Source: Rhodobacterales bacterium
Lineage (GTDB): Bacteria; Pseudomonadota; Alphaproteobacteria; Rhodobacterales; Rhodobacteraceae
DNA: 64,000 nt
Direction: 5' to 3'
Assembly: GCA_047921295.1 (NCBI GenBank)
Contig: JBLRWK010000015.1
Coordinates: 4,128 to 68,127, forward strand
Shown: piece after piece, positions 27,478 to 37,191 of the stretch
Numbering within the stretch: position 1 is the stretch's first letter
Layout of the letters: every line of letters starts with the position of its first letter
Notes under the pieces: model-generated
Seen by the model: only the letters and a program-made list of their open reading frames with translations
The model's database searches: none
Told to the model about the DNA's origin: nothing
Translations under genes and position numbers: made by a program

Positions 27478-28974
27478 TCAGATCGTTTGGTCGTAGTCGC
27501 CCACAGCGGGCTCGGTGCGGATCACGGCATCCACCTCGGCAAAAATGGCGCGCATCTCTGCCTCGCTTTCAGGGCTTTCGCAGACCACCACCAGATTGGG
27601 CGTGTTGGACGAGGCCCGCACAAGGCCCCATGCGCCGTTGTCCAGAATGACCCGCGCCCCGTTGACCGTGACCACCTGCGCGATCTTGCGTCCCGCGAAG
27701 GTCTCTCCCGCTGCGTGTTTGGCGACAAGTTTCTCGACCAGCCGCGCGAGCACGTCATACTTTTCGGTATCGCCGCAATAGGGCGACATCGTCGGCGTGG
27801 CCCAAGTTTGCGGCAGAGCGCGGCGCAGGTCGGACATCGACATATCCGGATTGCGGTCCATCAGTTTGCATATCTCGACGGCGACGCGCATGCCGCAATC
27901 GTAACCGCGCCCGATGGGACCTGCGAGGAAGTAGTGGCCCGATTTCTCGAAACCCGCCAGCGCGCCCAGTTCCTTGACCCGGCGTTTCATATGGCTGTGC
28001 CCGGTTTTCCAGTAATCGGCTTTGACACCGTTCTTGATCAGTTCAGGGTCCGAAGCGAACAGCCCCGTGGATTTCACATCCGCGACAAAGGTGCTGTTCG
28101 GATAGAGTTTCGACAGGTCGCGCGCCATGATCACGCCCATCTTGTCGGCAAAAATCTCCTCGCCCTCGTCGTCCACAACGCCGCAGCGGTCACCATCGCC
28201 ATCGAAACCCAGCGCGAAGTCGGCGCCGGAGGCTTTTACGCTGTCGGACATGTCGTGCAACATCTCCAGCGCCTCGGGGTTCGGGTTGTAATGCGGGAAG
28301 GTGTAGTCCAGTTCGTTATGGGAGGGGATCACCTCCACACCCATCCGCGCGAACAGTTCCGGCGCGAAGGCGGAGGCTGTGCCATTGCCCGTGGCGCAGA
28401 CGACCCGCAGCTTGCGGGTCATGCGGAAATCACCCACCAGATCATCCAGATAGGCCTCGCGCACGCCTTCGATAAATTCGTAGGCCCCGCCGGGCGCAGG
28501 CTGGCCTTCGCCGTTCAGCACGATATCGCGCAATTCGTTCATCTCGTCCGGCCCATGGGTCAGCGGGCGTTCGAAGCCCATTTTGACGCCGGTCCAGCCA
28601 TTGGGATTGTGGCTGGCCGTCACCATGGCAACGGCAGGCACATCCAGATGGAACTGCGCGAAATAGGCCATCGGCGACAGGGCGGGGCCGATATCCTTGA
28701 CGGTGATCCCCGCCTGCATCAGCCCCAGCATCAGCGCATTCTTGATCGAGAGCGAGTAGTCGCGGTAGTCATTGCCCACCGCGATAACAGGCGCGATGCC
28801 GCGTCGTTGCATCTGGGTGCCCAGACCGAGACCCAAAGCGGTGATGCCGGGCAGGTTGATCTGGTCGGGATATTTCCAGCGCGCATCATATTCGCGAAAG
28901 CCGGTGGGCGTGATCATCGGAACCTTGAGAAAATCCCAGGTGTTTTGTGTGACGGAGGAGAGAGGTTTTTGCAC
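27478..28974 (-). CDS. phosphomannomutase/phosphoglucomutase
   Basis: 498 aa with a GTG start. Contains GFREYDARW, the active-site block TASHNPNGWTGVK, and GFDGDGDRCG. Confidence 0.85.
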   Translation of the reverse strand: MQKPLSSVTQNTWDFLKVPMITPTGFREYDARWKYPDQINLPGITALGLGLGTQMQRRGIAPVIAVGNDYRDYSLSIKNALMLGLMQAGITVKDIGPALSPMAYFAQFHLDVPAVAMVTASHNPNGWTGVKMGFERPLTHGPDEMNELRDIVLNGEGQPAPGGAYEFIEGVREAYLDDLVGDFRMTRKLRVVCATGNGTASAFAPELFARMGVEVIPSHNELDYTFPHYNPNPEALEMLHDMSDSVKASGADFALGFDGDGDRCGVVDDEGEEIFADKMGVIMARDLSKLYPNSTFVADVKSTGLFASDPELIKNGVKADYWKTGHSHMKRRVKELGALAGFEKSGHYFLAGPIGRGYDCGMRVAVEICKLMDRNPDMSMSDLRRALPQTWATPTMSPYCGDTEKYDVLARLVEKLVAKHAAGETFAGRKIAQVVTVNGARVILDNGAWGLVRASSNTPNLVVVCESPESEAEMRAIFAEVDAVIRTEPAVGDYDQTI

Positions 28975-28991
28975 GGCAATGTCTTTCTGTA

Positions 28992-29825
28992 TCAGAGGCG
29001 GATCGGGTCGGATTTGGCGAGACGGTCAAAGGCCATCAGGCTGTTGATCATAGCCTCCATCCGGTCGAGCGGGATCATGTTCGGCCCGTCGGACGGGGCC
29101 ATATCGGGATTTTCATGTGTTTCGATGAAAACGGCGGCAATGCCAAGGGAGACCGCCGCGCGCGCCATCACGGGGGCGAATTCCCGCTGCCCGCCCGAAG
29201 ACCCGCCGCGCCCGCCGGGTTGCTGCACGGAATGGGTGGCGTCCATCACGACCGGATAGCCGGTGGCGGCCATCTGGGGCAGGGCGCGCATATCGGCCAC
29301 AAGGGTGTTGTATCCGAAGGAGGTGCCACGCTCGGTCAGCAGGATGCGGGTATTGCCGGTGCTCTCGATCTTGTTGATGACATTGGGCATGTCCCACGGT
29401 GCCAGGAACTGGCCCTTCTTGACGTTGATCACCGCGCCTGTCCGACCTGCGGCGATCAGCAGATCGGTTTGGCGGCACAGGAACGCCGGTATCTGCAACA
29501 CATCGCAGACCTGCGCCACGGGCGCGCATTGCGCCTCGTTATGCACATCCGTCAGCACCGGCACACCAAGGCTGGTCTTGACCCGCTCAAGGACGCGCAA
29601 GCCTTCGTCCAGCCCCAGCCCGCGCTGGCCTGTGACGGAGGTGCGGTTGGCCTTGTCGTAGCTGGCTTTGAAGATGAACTGCGCGCCTGCCGCAGCACAA
29701 ATCGCCTGCATGCGCGTAGCGATCATCAGCGCGTGATCCGCGCTTTCAAGCTGGCATGGTCCCGCGATCACGGTCAGGGGAGCATCGTTGCTGATGGTCA
29801 AAGAGCCTACAGTGACAGTTTTCAT
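28992..29825 (-). CDS. kdsA: 3-deoxy-8-phosphooctulonate synthase
   Basis: 277 aa. Contains FIFKASYDKANRTS, VLTDVHN, LQIPAFLCRQTDL and VMDATHSVQQPGG. Confidence 0.9.
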   Translation of the reverse strand: MKTVTVGSLTISNDAPLTVIAGPCQLESADHALMIATRMQAICAAAGAQFIFKASYDKANRTSVTGQRGLGLDEGLRVLERVKTSLGVPVLTDVHNEAQCAPVAQVCDVLQIPAFLCRQTDLLIAAGRTGAVINVKKGQFLAPWDMPNVINKIESTGNTRILLTERGTSFGYNTLVADMRALPQMAATGYPVVMDATHSVQQPGGRGGSSGGQREFAPVMARAAVSLGIAAVFIETHENPDMAPSDGPNMIPLDRMEAMINSLMAFDRLAKSDPIRL

Positions 29826-29826
29826 A

Positions 29827-31548
29827 TCAGCTCGAAACCTGTTCGCGCAGGATGGAGGCAGTCAGTGAAATCATAAGGTAAATTCCCGAAAAGATCAGAA
29901 AAACCAGCGCCGTATTCTCGAAGGCACGGGGATAGGTCGGCTCGTCGGGCGCGACGGGTCGCACACTGGTTGTCAGATACCGCACCTGCCGGTTTGCCTC
30001 AAGTTCGGTCTGTTTCTCGTTCTGCAGCGCTGATTGCAGAAACACATCCGCCGTTGTCAGATCCGCCTGTGCCATCTGGATCTGCGCCGACATCGCGGCC
30101 AGCGAGTTGCGCCCTTCCGTTGCATTCGTCAGGCGGCGGTTCTGGCGTTCCAGATCGTCGCGCAGCAACCGCACCTCGGTGCGCAAGGCGTCCACACGCG
30201 CGGGGTTCGGGCGGGCGTTGTTGAGCTGTGCATTCAGGGTCAGCTCTTTCTCCTGCAACTGCAACTCGACGGAACTGATGAGCGCACGGATATTGGCAAT
30301 CTCGCCCTGCGGGTCGAGGATGGATTGCTCCTGCAACAGCACAAGTCGCTCCTGCGCCTCGCGGCGATCGGCTTTGGCTTGCTCCAGACTGGCCCTTGCA
30401 TCGCGCATCTGGTCCTCGCGCTTGCGGCGCGACAACTCGTCCACGCGGTCTTCGGCATAATCGATCAGATGGGTGGAAAAGGCTGCACTGGTCCCGGGAT
30501 CAGCGGCGATCACTTCCATCCGGATCACACCTTCTGTGGGATCATAGCCGATCTTGATGTTTCTTTGGTAAATCTTGTAAGCGGCCTCATCCGTGGCATC
30601 TCCATCAAGGCGCTGGATCGGGTCGATCCAGTCCTGCTTGAAATGGTCCTTGAAGCCCATATCCGCATTCAGGCGCATCATCGCATCGCGCGACTGCATA
30701 TAGGATTGCACGGCAATACTGTCCTGATTGGTGGCAAACTGGGTGCCGCTCAGCAACCCGCCAAAGCCCGTACCGCCCGCTGCATCGGCCTGAAGGATCA
30801 GAAACTCCGATTTGGTGGCATACATCGGCGTGGCATAGGCAAAGAAATACCATCCGGCAAGCAGGGTCGGCAGGAAGACGAAAGCCGTCAGCCGCGAGAA
30901 CAACAGCAGCAGTTTGCGACGCCTGCGGCGTGCGATATCGTGCTGGATATCCATGACATCGCGGGCGCGCCGTTGTGACGGGCTAACCTCGGTCGAAGGC
31001 AGGAAAGGGTTGTTGGCGGGCATCGTCTGGGGCAGTTGCACACGCCCGATCTGGGCCAGTTGGTCCGGTGCCGCGCCTGTCTGCTCCTCCTGCGCGTCGT
31101 CTTCCTCGCGCGGCATGACCAGATCAAGCATTGTGGTGCGCTGGAACGGATCGATCCCCTCGGCACGCAGCAGGCGCACGGCGTCGAAATCCGAGGTCGG
31201 TGCCAGCCCGTTTTTCTGCGCCACACGCCGCGCCATGCGTAGTTGGCGACCGGTCAGCCCCTCACGGCGGATGGCGTCAATCTCGGTTCCGGCGTCGGCG
31301 GTGAGCATCGTGGAAATATCGGGTGCGGTATCATCCGCGATCGTGGGCAGGCTGCGCTCTCGCGGGGCGGGCCTTGGTGCCTGCGCGTCTTCATAGTCAT
31401 CCCTACCGGCATCGGTTTCCGCCTGCAGGGGCACTTGTGGCGCTGCAGACAAATGCGCAAAACGATCCGTGCCCTCGTGTGGGTCGGGTGCCGGATCTGT
31501 CGGGTTGCGCCGGATGCGGAATTTTCTAGCCTTGGGTTTCGTAATCAT
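29827..31548 (-). CDS. capsule polysaccharide export inner-membrane protein (KpsE/Wzz-like) with a long N-terminal extension
   Basis: The track ORF is 29827..31578. I prefer ATG 31548. The first TM (LLLLFSRLTAFVFLPTLLAGWYFFAY) is at about residue 215. A coiled-coil-rich periplasmic region and a C-terminal TM follow. Confidence 0.7.
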   Translation of the reverse strand: MITKPKARKFRIRRNPTDPAPDPHEGTDRFAHLSAAPQVPLQAETDAGRDDYEDAQAPRPAPRERSLPTIADDTAPDISTMLTADAGTEIDAIRREGLTGRQLRMARRVAQKNGLAPTSDFDAVRLLRAEGIDPFQRTTMLDLVMPREEDDAQEEQTGAAPDQLAQIGRVQLPQTMPANNPFLPSTEVSPSQRRARDVMDIQHDIARRRRRKLLLLFSRLTAFVFLPTLLAGWYFFAYATPMYATKSEFLILQADAAGGTGFGGLLSGTQFATNQDSIAVQSYMQSRDAMMRLNADMGFKDHFKQDWIDPIQRLDGDATDEAAYKIYQRNIKIGYDPTEGVIRMEVIAADPGTSAAFSTHLIDYAEDRVDELSRRKREDQMRDARASLEQAKADRREAQERLVLLQEQSILDPQGEIANIRALISSVELQLQEKELTLNAQLNNARPNPARVDALRTEVRLLRDDLERQNRRLTNATEGRNSLAAMSAQIQMAQADLTTADVFLQSALQNEKQTELEANRQVRYLTTSVRPVAPDEPTYPRAFENTALVFLIFSGIYLMISLTASILREQVSS

Positions 31549-32185
31549 ACAGCTTTTTCGCTTCTTCCAAGGTGTCAAACATATGGAGTTTCCCGTCCAT
31601 CAGCACGGCTGCGGTGCGGGCAAATTTCTCAAGAACATCAGGCTGGTGCGAGACGATGATCACCGTTGTCGTCCGCAACCTCTCGCGCAGGATCTCACCG
31701 GCTTTGCGGTTGAAATCGGCGTCGGTCGAACTGGGCATGCCTTCGTCGATCAGGTAGATATCGAAATCCAGCGCCAGCATCAGCGCGAAGGAAAACCGCG
31801 CCCGCATGCCCGAGGAATAGGTGCCGATGGGTTGCTCGAAATATTCACCCAAGTTGCACAGCCAGCGGCAGAACGCCTCCACATAGTCGGGATCGAGGCC
31901 GTAGAGGCGCGCGATATAGCGGCTGTTTTCCACAGCCGAAACACGGGAGACGACGCCGCCCATGAATCCCAGCGGAAAACTGATCCGTGCACCGCGTCGG
32001 ATCACGCCTTCATCCGGCTTTTCCAGCCCCGCCATCATGTTGATCACGGTGGTTTTGCCGGTGCCGTTGGGGGCCAGAATGCCAAGCGAAGTGCCCAGCT
32101 CCACGCGGAAGCTGACGCGATCAAGGATGACCTTGCGCTGTGTGCCGGTCCAGAAGGACTTGCTGACATTCTCAAATTCGAGCAT
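31526..32185 (-). CDS. kpsT: capsule polysaccharide export ABC transporter ATP-binding protein
   Basis: 219 aa. Contains Walker A (LAPNGTGKTT), the signature YSSGMRARF, and Walker B (FDIYLIDE). Confidence 0.8.
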   Translation of the reverse strand: MLEFENVSKSFWTGTQRKVILDRVSFRVELGTSLGILAPNGTGKTTVINMMAGLEKPDEGVIRRGARISFPLGFMGGVVSRVSAVENSRYIARLYGLDPDYVEAFCRWLCNLGEYFEQPIGTYSSGMRARFSFALMLALDFDIYLIDEGMPSSTDADFNRKAGEILRERLRTTTVIIVSHQPDVLEKFARTAAVLMDGKLHMFDTLEEAKKLYDYETQG

Positions 32186-32419
32186 TCAACGCTCCGGTCT
32201 GCTCCTGATCTACCCTCTTAGCGGGGTAGTATTAACTCTCACTTAGCAATGACCTGCGGGACAAGTCGAGCCATTGCCGCAACCTCGCTTAAATTAGCGG
32301 CCAAAATATGTCACTTTCCACATATGTATACCTTACGTTGACCGTTTTTTCAAAGCCGTAGTTGAACGGCCCTTTGCCCCGGTCTGGTCGGTCTGGAAAC
32401 CGCGCAGTAGCGTGATTAA

Positions 32420-33043
32420 GTGGCTGTCATGCCCGCCGCCACCGATGATCTTGTCCGCACGATTCAATCCTGCACGCTTTGTGCGGGGCGGTTCGCCACG
32501 ACTGCCACAGCGCATGCGCCGCGTCCGGTTGTGTGGTTCCGGCCCGGTGCGCGTCTGCTGATCGCAGGGCAGGCCCCGGGGATGCGGGTGCACCGCTCGG
32601 GCCGCCCCTTCGACGATGCCTCGGGCGACCGTCTGCGCGACTGGCTGGGGCTTTCCCCTGATGCGTTCTATGACCGCTCCCAAGTTGCCATCGTGCCGAT
32701 GGCTTTCTGCTTTCCGGGATATGACGCCAAAGGCTCCGATCTTCCGCCGCCGCCGATCTGCGCCAGCACATGGCACGCGCAGGTGATGGAGTCCCTGCCG
32801 GATATCCGCCTGACCGTGCTGGTCGGCGGCCATGCCCATCGCTGGCATCTGGGCAAACAGGGCAGCGTCACCGCGACGGTTGCCGGATGGCGCGACCATG
32901 CACCACGGGTTTTTCCCTTGCCACATCCGTCATGGCGCAATAGCGGTTGGCTTCGCAAAAATCCGTGGTTCGCGGCAGAGGTTCTGCCAAACCTGCGCCA
33001 CGCTGTCCGGAGTGTGATGGATGACAGTCCTGACCCCGCTTGA
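32420..33043 (+). CDS. uracil-DNA glycosylase family protein
   Basis: 207 aa with a GTG start; ATG 32429 is also possible. Contains CTLC near the N-terminus, LLIAGQAPGMRVH and VLVGGHAHRW. Confidence 0.7.
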   Translation: MAVMPAATDDLVRTIQSCTLCAGRFATTATAHAPRPVVWFRPGARLLIAGQAPGMRVHRSGRPFDDASGDRLRDWLGLSPDAFYDRSQVAIVPMAFCFPGYDAKGSDLPPPPICASTWHAQVMESLPDIRLTVLVGGHAHRWHLGKQGSVTATVAGWRDHAPRVFPLPHPSWRNSGWLRKNPWFAAEVLPNLRHAVRSVMDDSPDPA

Positions 33044-33815
33044 TACCGCCCATGCCGCGATGGAGGCAGCACCCGCCGATGATGCGGCGCGGTTGCGTTT
33101 TTACGAGCGACTGGCGGATTGCGAGCTGTTCCTGCTGCTGACCGAGGAAGCGCAGGGCGACAATATCTCTCCCGAAGTGTTTGATCTGGGCGATGCCAGC
33201 TTTGTGCTGGTGTTCGACCGTGACGACCGTCTGGCGCAATTCGTCGGCAAGCCCGCGCCCTATGCGGCCATGTCGGGGCGGGTGATCGCGGGGCTTCTGG
33301 CCGAGCAGGGCATCGGCATGGGCGTCAATCTCGAGGTCGCCCCCTCGTCGATCCTGATCCCGCCCGAAGCGGTGACATGGCTGGCCAGCACGCTGGGCAA
33401 CGCCCCGTCCGAGGCCGAGGCGCGGATCGAGGCGGTCTCTCCGCCGCGCGGCCTGCCGGACCTGTTGCTGACCGCGCTGGATGCCAAACTGGCCAGCGCA
33501 TCGGGGCTGGCAGAGGCGGCCTATCTGCTGGGCGTGACCTACGAGGGCGGCGCGAAAGGCCATATGCTGGCCTTCGTCGATGCCACGCCGGGCGCGCAAC
33601 CGGCCCTTGCGAAAGCCGTGGCCGAGGCGCTGACATTCTCGGGCATCGAGGCGGGCGCGCTGGATGTGGCGTTCTTTCGCGCCTCCGAGCCGATGGCGGC
33701 GCGGCTGGCGCAGCACGGCTTGCGTTTCGATCTCCCCCAGCCAGCCGAGAGCGTGCAGGAGGTGCTGCGCATGGCACCGGGATCAGACCCTGCAAGGCCC
33801 CCGAAATTGCGGTGA
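33021..33815 (+). CDS. SseB family protein
   Basis: 264 aa. Contains RFYERLADCELFLLL, SFVLVFDRDDRLAQFVG and PSSILIPPEAVTWL. Confidence 0.7.
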   Translation: MTVLTPLDTAHAAMEAAPADDAARLRFYERLADCELFLLLTEEAQGDNISPEVFDLGDASFVLVFDRDDRLAQFVGKPAPYAAMSGRVIAGLLAEQGIGMGVNLEVAPSSILIPPEAVTWLASTLGNAPSEAEARIEAVSPPRGLPDLLLTALDAKLASASGLAEAAYLLGVTYEGGAKGHMLAFVDATPGAQPALAKAVAEALTFSGIEAGALDVAFFRASEPMAARLAQHGLRFDLPQPAESVQEVLRMAPGSDPARPPKLR

Positions 33816-33872
33816 GGGGTAATCGCAGGGCTTGATGTCAATGCTGAGGCCACTCAAGACAGCTTCACCAAG

Positions 33873-34937
33873 TCATGAAATGCGGAGTTGCCACGCGGCA
33901 AAGCTTTCTACCGGCCGATTGGCGATGAAGCCACAGGCGGGATCGTGTGCCTTTGCCAATTCAGATTCGATTTGCATGAGGGGCACCGTCCATGCGCCGT
34001 CAGTGCTGGGCACGAACAAGGCCCTGACTTCTGCTTTCATCCAAGGTGGGATGACGAATTGCATGGGAGAATACCTGTCGTTTAACAAACCATCGTGAAC
34101 CACCTTCATCCAATCCCGGTTTCGCGCACAGTCGTGTTGCTCGTAAGCTTCGTAATCAATCCCGTCGCAAACCGCATTTGCCAACAGAACGAGGGCCGAC
34201 CCTGTATCGAGTTCGGGCTGTGCCACCAACCATTCGACAAAGGGAACAAGCGCGGCAGCGCCGCTTTGCGTCCACCGGATGTTAAGGCACACCTCATGCC
34301 ACATATCCGGTCCCTGTGCGCGCAACCAGTCTGTCAGGTCGGCACCTGTATCAAGGTTCTTTCGCTCTTTCGCCCAAAGCTCCTTCTGCTGCCGAGCGTC
34401 GTCCAGTTCCTGCGCAGCTTGGGTCTTGGTGTTGAGTTGCTCCGTAAGTCTACCGCGCCAGTTCAGGCGTATCCCGTCCGCCGCTTCCCGCTGACGATTG
34501 GTCATCAGGCGGCGCACCTTCTTGAAGTCGCTATCGGGAAGTTCCGCCGCGGCCACGAAAAGCTCGATCCGCCGCAATGTCGGGACTGACATCACTTTCA
34601 GATAGGCGCGCATGAATTCCGCTTGCGCCATAGCTTGCAGATCAGACAGAGAGACTTGATTGGCAAAAAGGAAAAGAGCTGTAAGCGGGTCTGTGTGCAG
34701 GCAGTTTTCCGGGGTGTCTTTTTTCCCGTATTTACCGTCTCTGAACACCGGAATCTTTTTTGAGACCCAGATATAGCTTTCGGCATAGAAGGGGCGGGGT
34801 AGCACCCCGATGGCAGACAGCCGCCGCCGTATTGCCGCCTCGGCCTGCATCTTGCGCAGGCTGACGTAGATTACCCAAGAGACACCCGCCATAAACGTCA
34901 AGCCGAGCGTGTATGCAATCAACAGAAATAGTCCCAT
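33873..34937 (-). CDS. hypothetical membrane-anchored protein with a DUF4274-like C-terminal block (lower-GC gene)
   Basis: The track ORF 33873..34946 starts at a TTG. I prefer ATG 34937, which has GGAGA 9 nt upstream. It has an N-terminal TM, MGLFLLIAYTLGLTFMAGVSWVIYVSL. The block DMWHEVCLNIRWTQSGAAALVPFVEWLVAQPELDTGSALVLLANA resembles DUF4274 from memory. Confidence 0.6.
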   Translation of the reverse strand: MGLFLLIAYTLGLTFMAGVSWVIYVSLRKMQAEAAIRRRLSAIGVLPRPFYAESYIWVSKKIPVFRDGKYGKKDTPENCLHTDPLTALFLFANQVSLSDLQAMAQAEFMRAYLKVMSVPTLRRIELFVAAAELPDSDFKKVRRLMTNRQREAADGIRLNWRGRLTEQLNTKTQAAQELDDARQQKELWAKERKNLDTGADLTDWLRAQGPDMWHEVCLNIRWTQSGAAALVPFVEWLVAQPELDTGSALVLLANAVCDGIDYEAYEQHDCARNRDWMKVVHDGLLNDRYSPMQFVIPPWMKAEVRALFVPSTDGAWTVPLMQIESELAKAHDPACGFIANRPVESFAAWQLRIS

Positions 34938-35084
34938 GCAAATCAATCTCCGAAAAAATGTTCTTTGGAGATAATTGGTTTTCGGGCCAAATTTGCGGCG
35001 AGAAACGTGAATTATTTAGTCTACGCCGGTCCGTTCCTCACGGTTTTTCCCAAACCGAGCGAGTTCGGCGGCTCTGACATTGGC

Positions 35085-36017
35085 TCAATACCCCAGACTG
35101 CGATCCACCAGATGCAGGAACGGCTCTCCGGCCTCGCCGCGACGCACGTTCTCTGCGATCACGCGGGAGGCAGAGGACGCCCGCGTCTCGGAGGCGATAT
35201 GCGGGGTCACCGTCACGGAAGGATGCGCCCAATATGGGTGATCGGCGGGCAGGGGTTCAACGCGGAAAACATCCAGCGTGGCATGGCCGACCTGCCCGCT
35301 GTCCAGTGCGGCCAGCAACGCCGCATCATTGATCAGCGCGCCGCGACCGGGGTTCAGGATCACCGCGCCCTTGTGCATCAGGGCAAGCCTCTCTGCGTTC
35401 ATCAAATCCTCGGTCGCCGCCGTCAATGGCAGCAGCAGCACCACAATCTCCGCCCCCGTCAAAGCCTGTTCGAGACCATCCGCGCCATGCAGGCAGCGCA
35501 GGCCATGCACCGTGCGGGGGCTGCGGCTCCAGCCTGTCACGTCGAAACCGAGGCCCGCAATCGCCGATGCACAGGCCGATCCCAGCGCGCCCAAGCCAAG
35601 GATGGTGACGCGCCGATCCTCTGCCAAGGGCGGGACATCCTTGATCCATTCCCCCTTCAGCCCGTGGATATGGCGATCCATCCCCAGATGGTGGCGCAGG
35701 GTGTGGCCGGTGACCCATTCCACCATGCCTTGCGTCAATCCGTGATCGACCATCCGCGCCAGTGGCTGCGTGAGTGTGGTGTTGCCCACCACATTCTCGA
35801 CCCCGGCCCAGAGGTTCAGCACCGCCTTGCAGCGCGTATAGGGCGTGAAATCCTGCACCGTGCTGTTGGGCGCATAGACGATGTAATCCACCTGCTCCGG
35901 TGCGATGTCGCGCGACAGGTTGGCGGTCACATCCTTCTCGGCCAGGGCTTTGGTCAGCGGGGCCTGATATTCCTCCCAGCTTTCGGCTTTGGCGGCGAAA
36001 AGGATGTTCACGGTCAT
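35085..36017 (-). CDS. D-isomer-specific 2-hydroxyacid dehydrogenase (glyoxylate/hydroxypyruvate reductase A-like)
   Basis: The track ORF is 35085..36071. I prefer ATG 36017 (MTVNILFAAK). Contains the NAD-binding block RRVTILGLGALGSACA, plus AVILNPGRGALIN and VTPHIAS. Confidence 0.85.
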   Translation of the reverse strand: MTVNILFAAKAESWEEYQAPLTKALAEKDVTANLSRDIAPEQVDYIVYAPNSTVQDFTPYTRCKAVLNLWAGVENVVGNTTLTQPLARMVDHGLTQGMVEWVTGHTLRHHLGMDRHIHGLKGEWIKDVPPLAEDRRVTILGLGALGSACASAIAGLGFDVTGWSRSPRTVHGLRCLHGADGLEQALTGAEIVVLLLPLTAATEDLMNAERLALMHKGAVILNPGRGALINDAALLAALDSGQVGHATLDVFRVEPLPADHPYWAHPSVTVTPHIASETRASSASRVIAENVRRGEAGEPFLHLVDRSLGY

Positions 36018-36051
36018 GGGGTTCTGCCTTGATCTTGGGGAAATGAAAGGG

Positions 36052-37191
36052 TCAGCGGGGTTTGTGGACATGCGCGCTTTGCACCAGCCCGAAGGCCACC
36101 ATCAGCACCAGCATGGCCGATCCGCCATAGCTGACCAGAGGCAGCGGCACACCGACGACCGGCGCAAGCCCCATCACCATCGACATGTTGACGGCGAAAT
36201 AGAGAAAGAAGGTCAGCGCGATGCCCAATGTCAGCAAGGACGAGAACCTGTCCTTGTTGGACAGGGCCGTGGCCACGCAGAACACGATGATCAACGCATA
36301 AAGCCCCAGCAGGGACATGCCGCCGACAAAGCCGAATTCCTCGGCCAGCGTGGTGAAGATGAAATCGGTATGCTTTTCGGGCAGGAAGTTCAGCCTGCTC
36401 TGTGTGCCCTGCATATAGCCCCGCCCGGTCCATCCGCCGGAACCAAGGGCGATCTTGGCCTGCGTGATGTGATAGCCTGCGTCGAGCGGGTCTTGCGAGG
36501 GATCAAGGAATGTGTCGATGCGGCGGAACTGGTAATCCTTGAGCAACTGCCACGACGTGCCGCGCGATTGCAGCACGGTGGCAATCAACCCGATCCCCGA
36601 GGCGACGACGGCGGCGAAATAGCTCCAGTGCACGCCCGCCAGAAACATCAGCCCCGCCCCGCCGAAAACCAGAAGCATGGCGGTGCCCAGATCGGGCTGG
36701 GTCAGCACCAGCGCAGTGGGCAGCAGGATGAAGAACAACGGCACAGCCACCCAGAACGGATGCGAGACCTTTTTCATCGGCAGCCAGTCGTAATAGGCCG
36801 CCAGAAACATCACCAGCGTGACCTTGGCCAGTTCCGACGGCTGCAACCGCATGAAGCCAAGATCAATCCAGCGCTGCGCGCCCATGCCGGTCACGCCAAT
36901 GAACTCGACCAGCAACAGCAGGCCCAGCGAGACGAGATAGGCCACAGCCGCCATATTGCGCCAGAACCAGATCGGCACCATGGCGACGATGAACATGCCC
37001 ACGAGGCCGGCTGCAAAACGCTTCATCTGCGGCTCGACCCACGGGTTGAACGATCCGCCCGCCACGGAATAAAGCATCAGAAAGCCAACGCTCGCCACCG
37101 CGATCAGCAGCAGAATGATCGGCCAGTTCAGATACAGCACCTTGCGCGCGCCTGACGGCACGGTTTTGACGGTATATTCAAGATAGCTCAT
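36052..37191 (-). CDS. rodA: peptidoglycan glycosyltransferase RodA (SEDS family)
   Basis: 379 aa. Contains RLQPSELAKV, LVLTQPDLGTA and a C-terminal GVPLPLVSYGGSAML. Confidence 0.9.
   Translation of the reverse strand: MSYLEYTVKTVPSGARKVLYLNWPIILLLIAVASVGFLMLYSVAGGSFNPWVEPQMKRFAAGLVGMFIVAMVPIWFWRNMAAVAYLVSLGLLLLVEFIGVTGMGAQRWIDLGFMRLQPSELAKVTLVMFLAAYYDWLPMKKVSHPFWVAVPLFFILLPTALVLTQPDLGTAMLLVFGGAGLMFLAGVHWSYFAAVVASGIGLIATVLQSRGTSWQLLKDYQFRRIDTFLDPSQDPLDAGYHITQAKIALGSGGWTGRGYMQGTQSRLNFLPEKHTDFIFTTLAEEFGFVGGMSLLGLYALIIVFCVATALSNKDRFSSLLTLGIALTFFLYFAVNMSMVMGLAPVVGVPLPLVSYGGSAMLVLMVAFGLVQSAHVHKPR

Noticed and set aside
34987-35006. CCAAATTTGCGGCGAGAAAC, and also AGTATTTTGGAAAACTAAGCCGAAAC at 59358-59383, are possible extra copies of the dispersed repeat.
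   Set aside because: Both are too diverged, with missing or altered AAGAAG tracts. Both are oriented opposite to the same-sense-stop rule. I do not count them, although a statistical model might.
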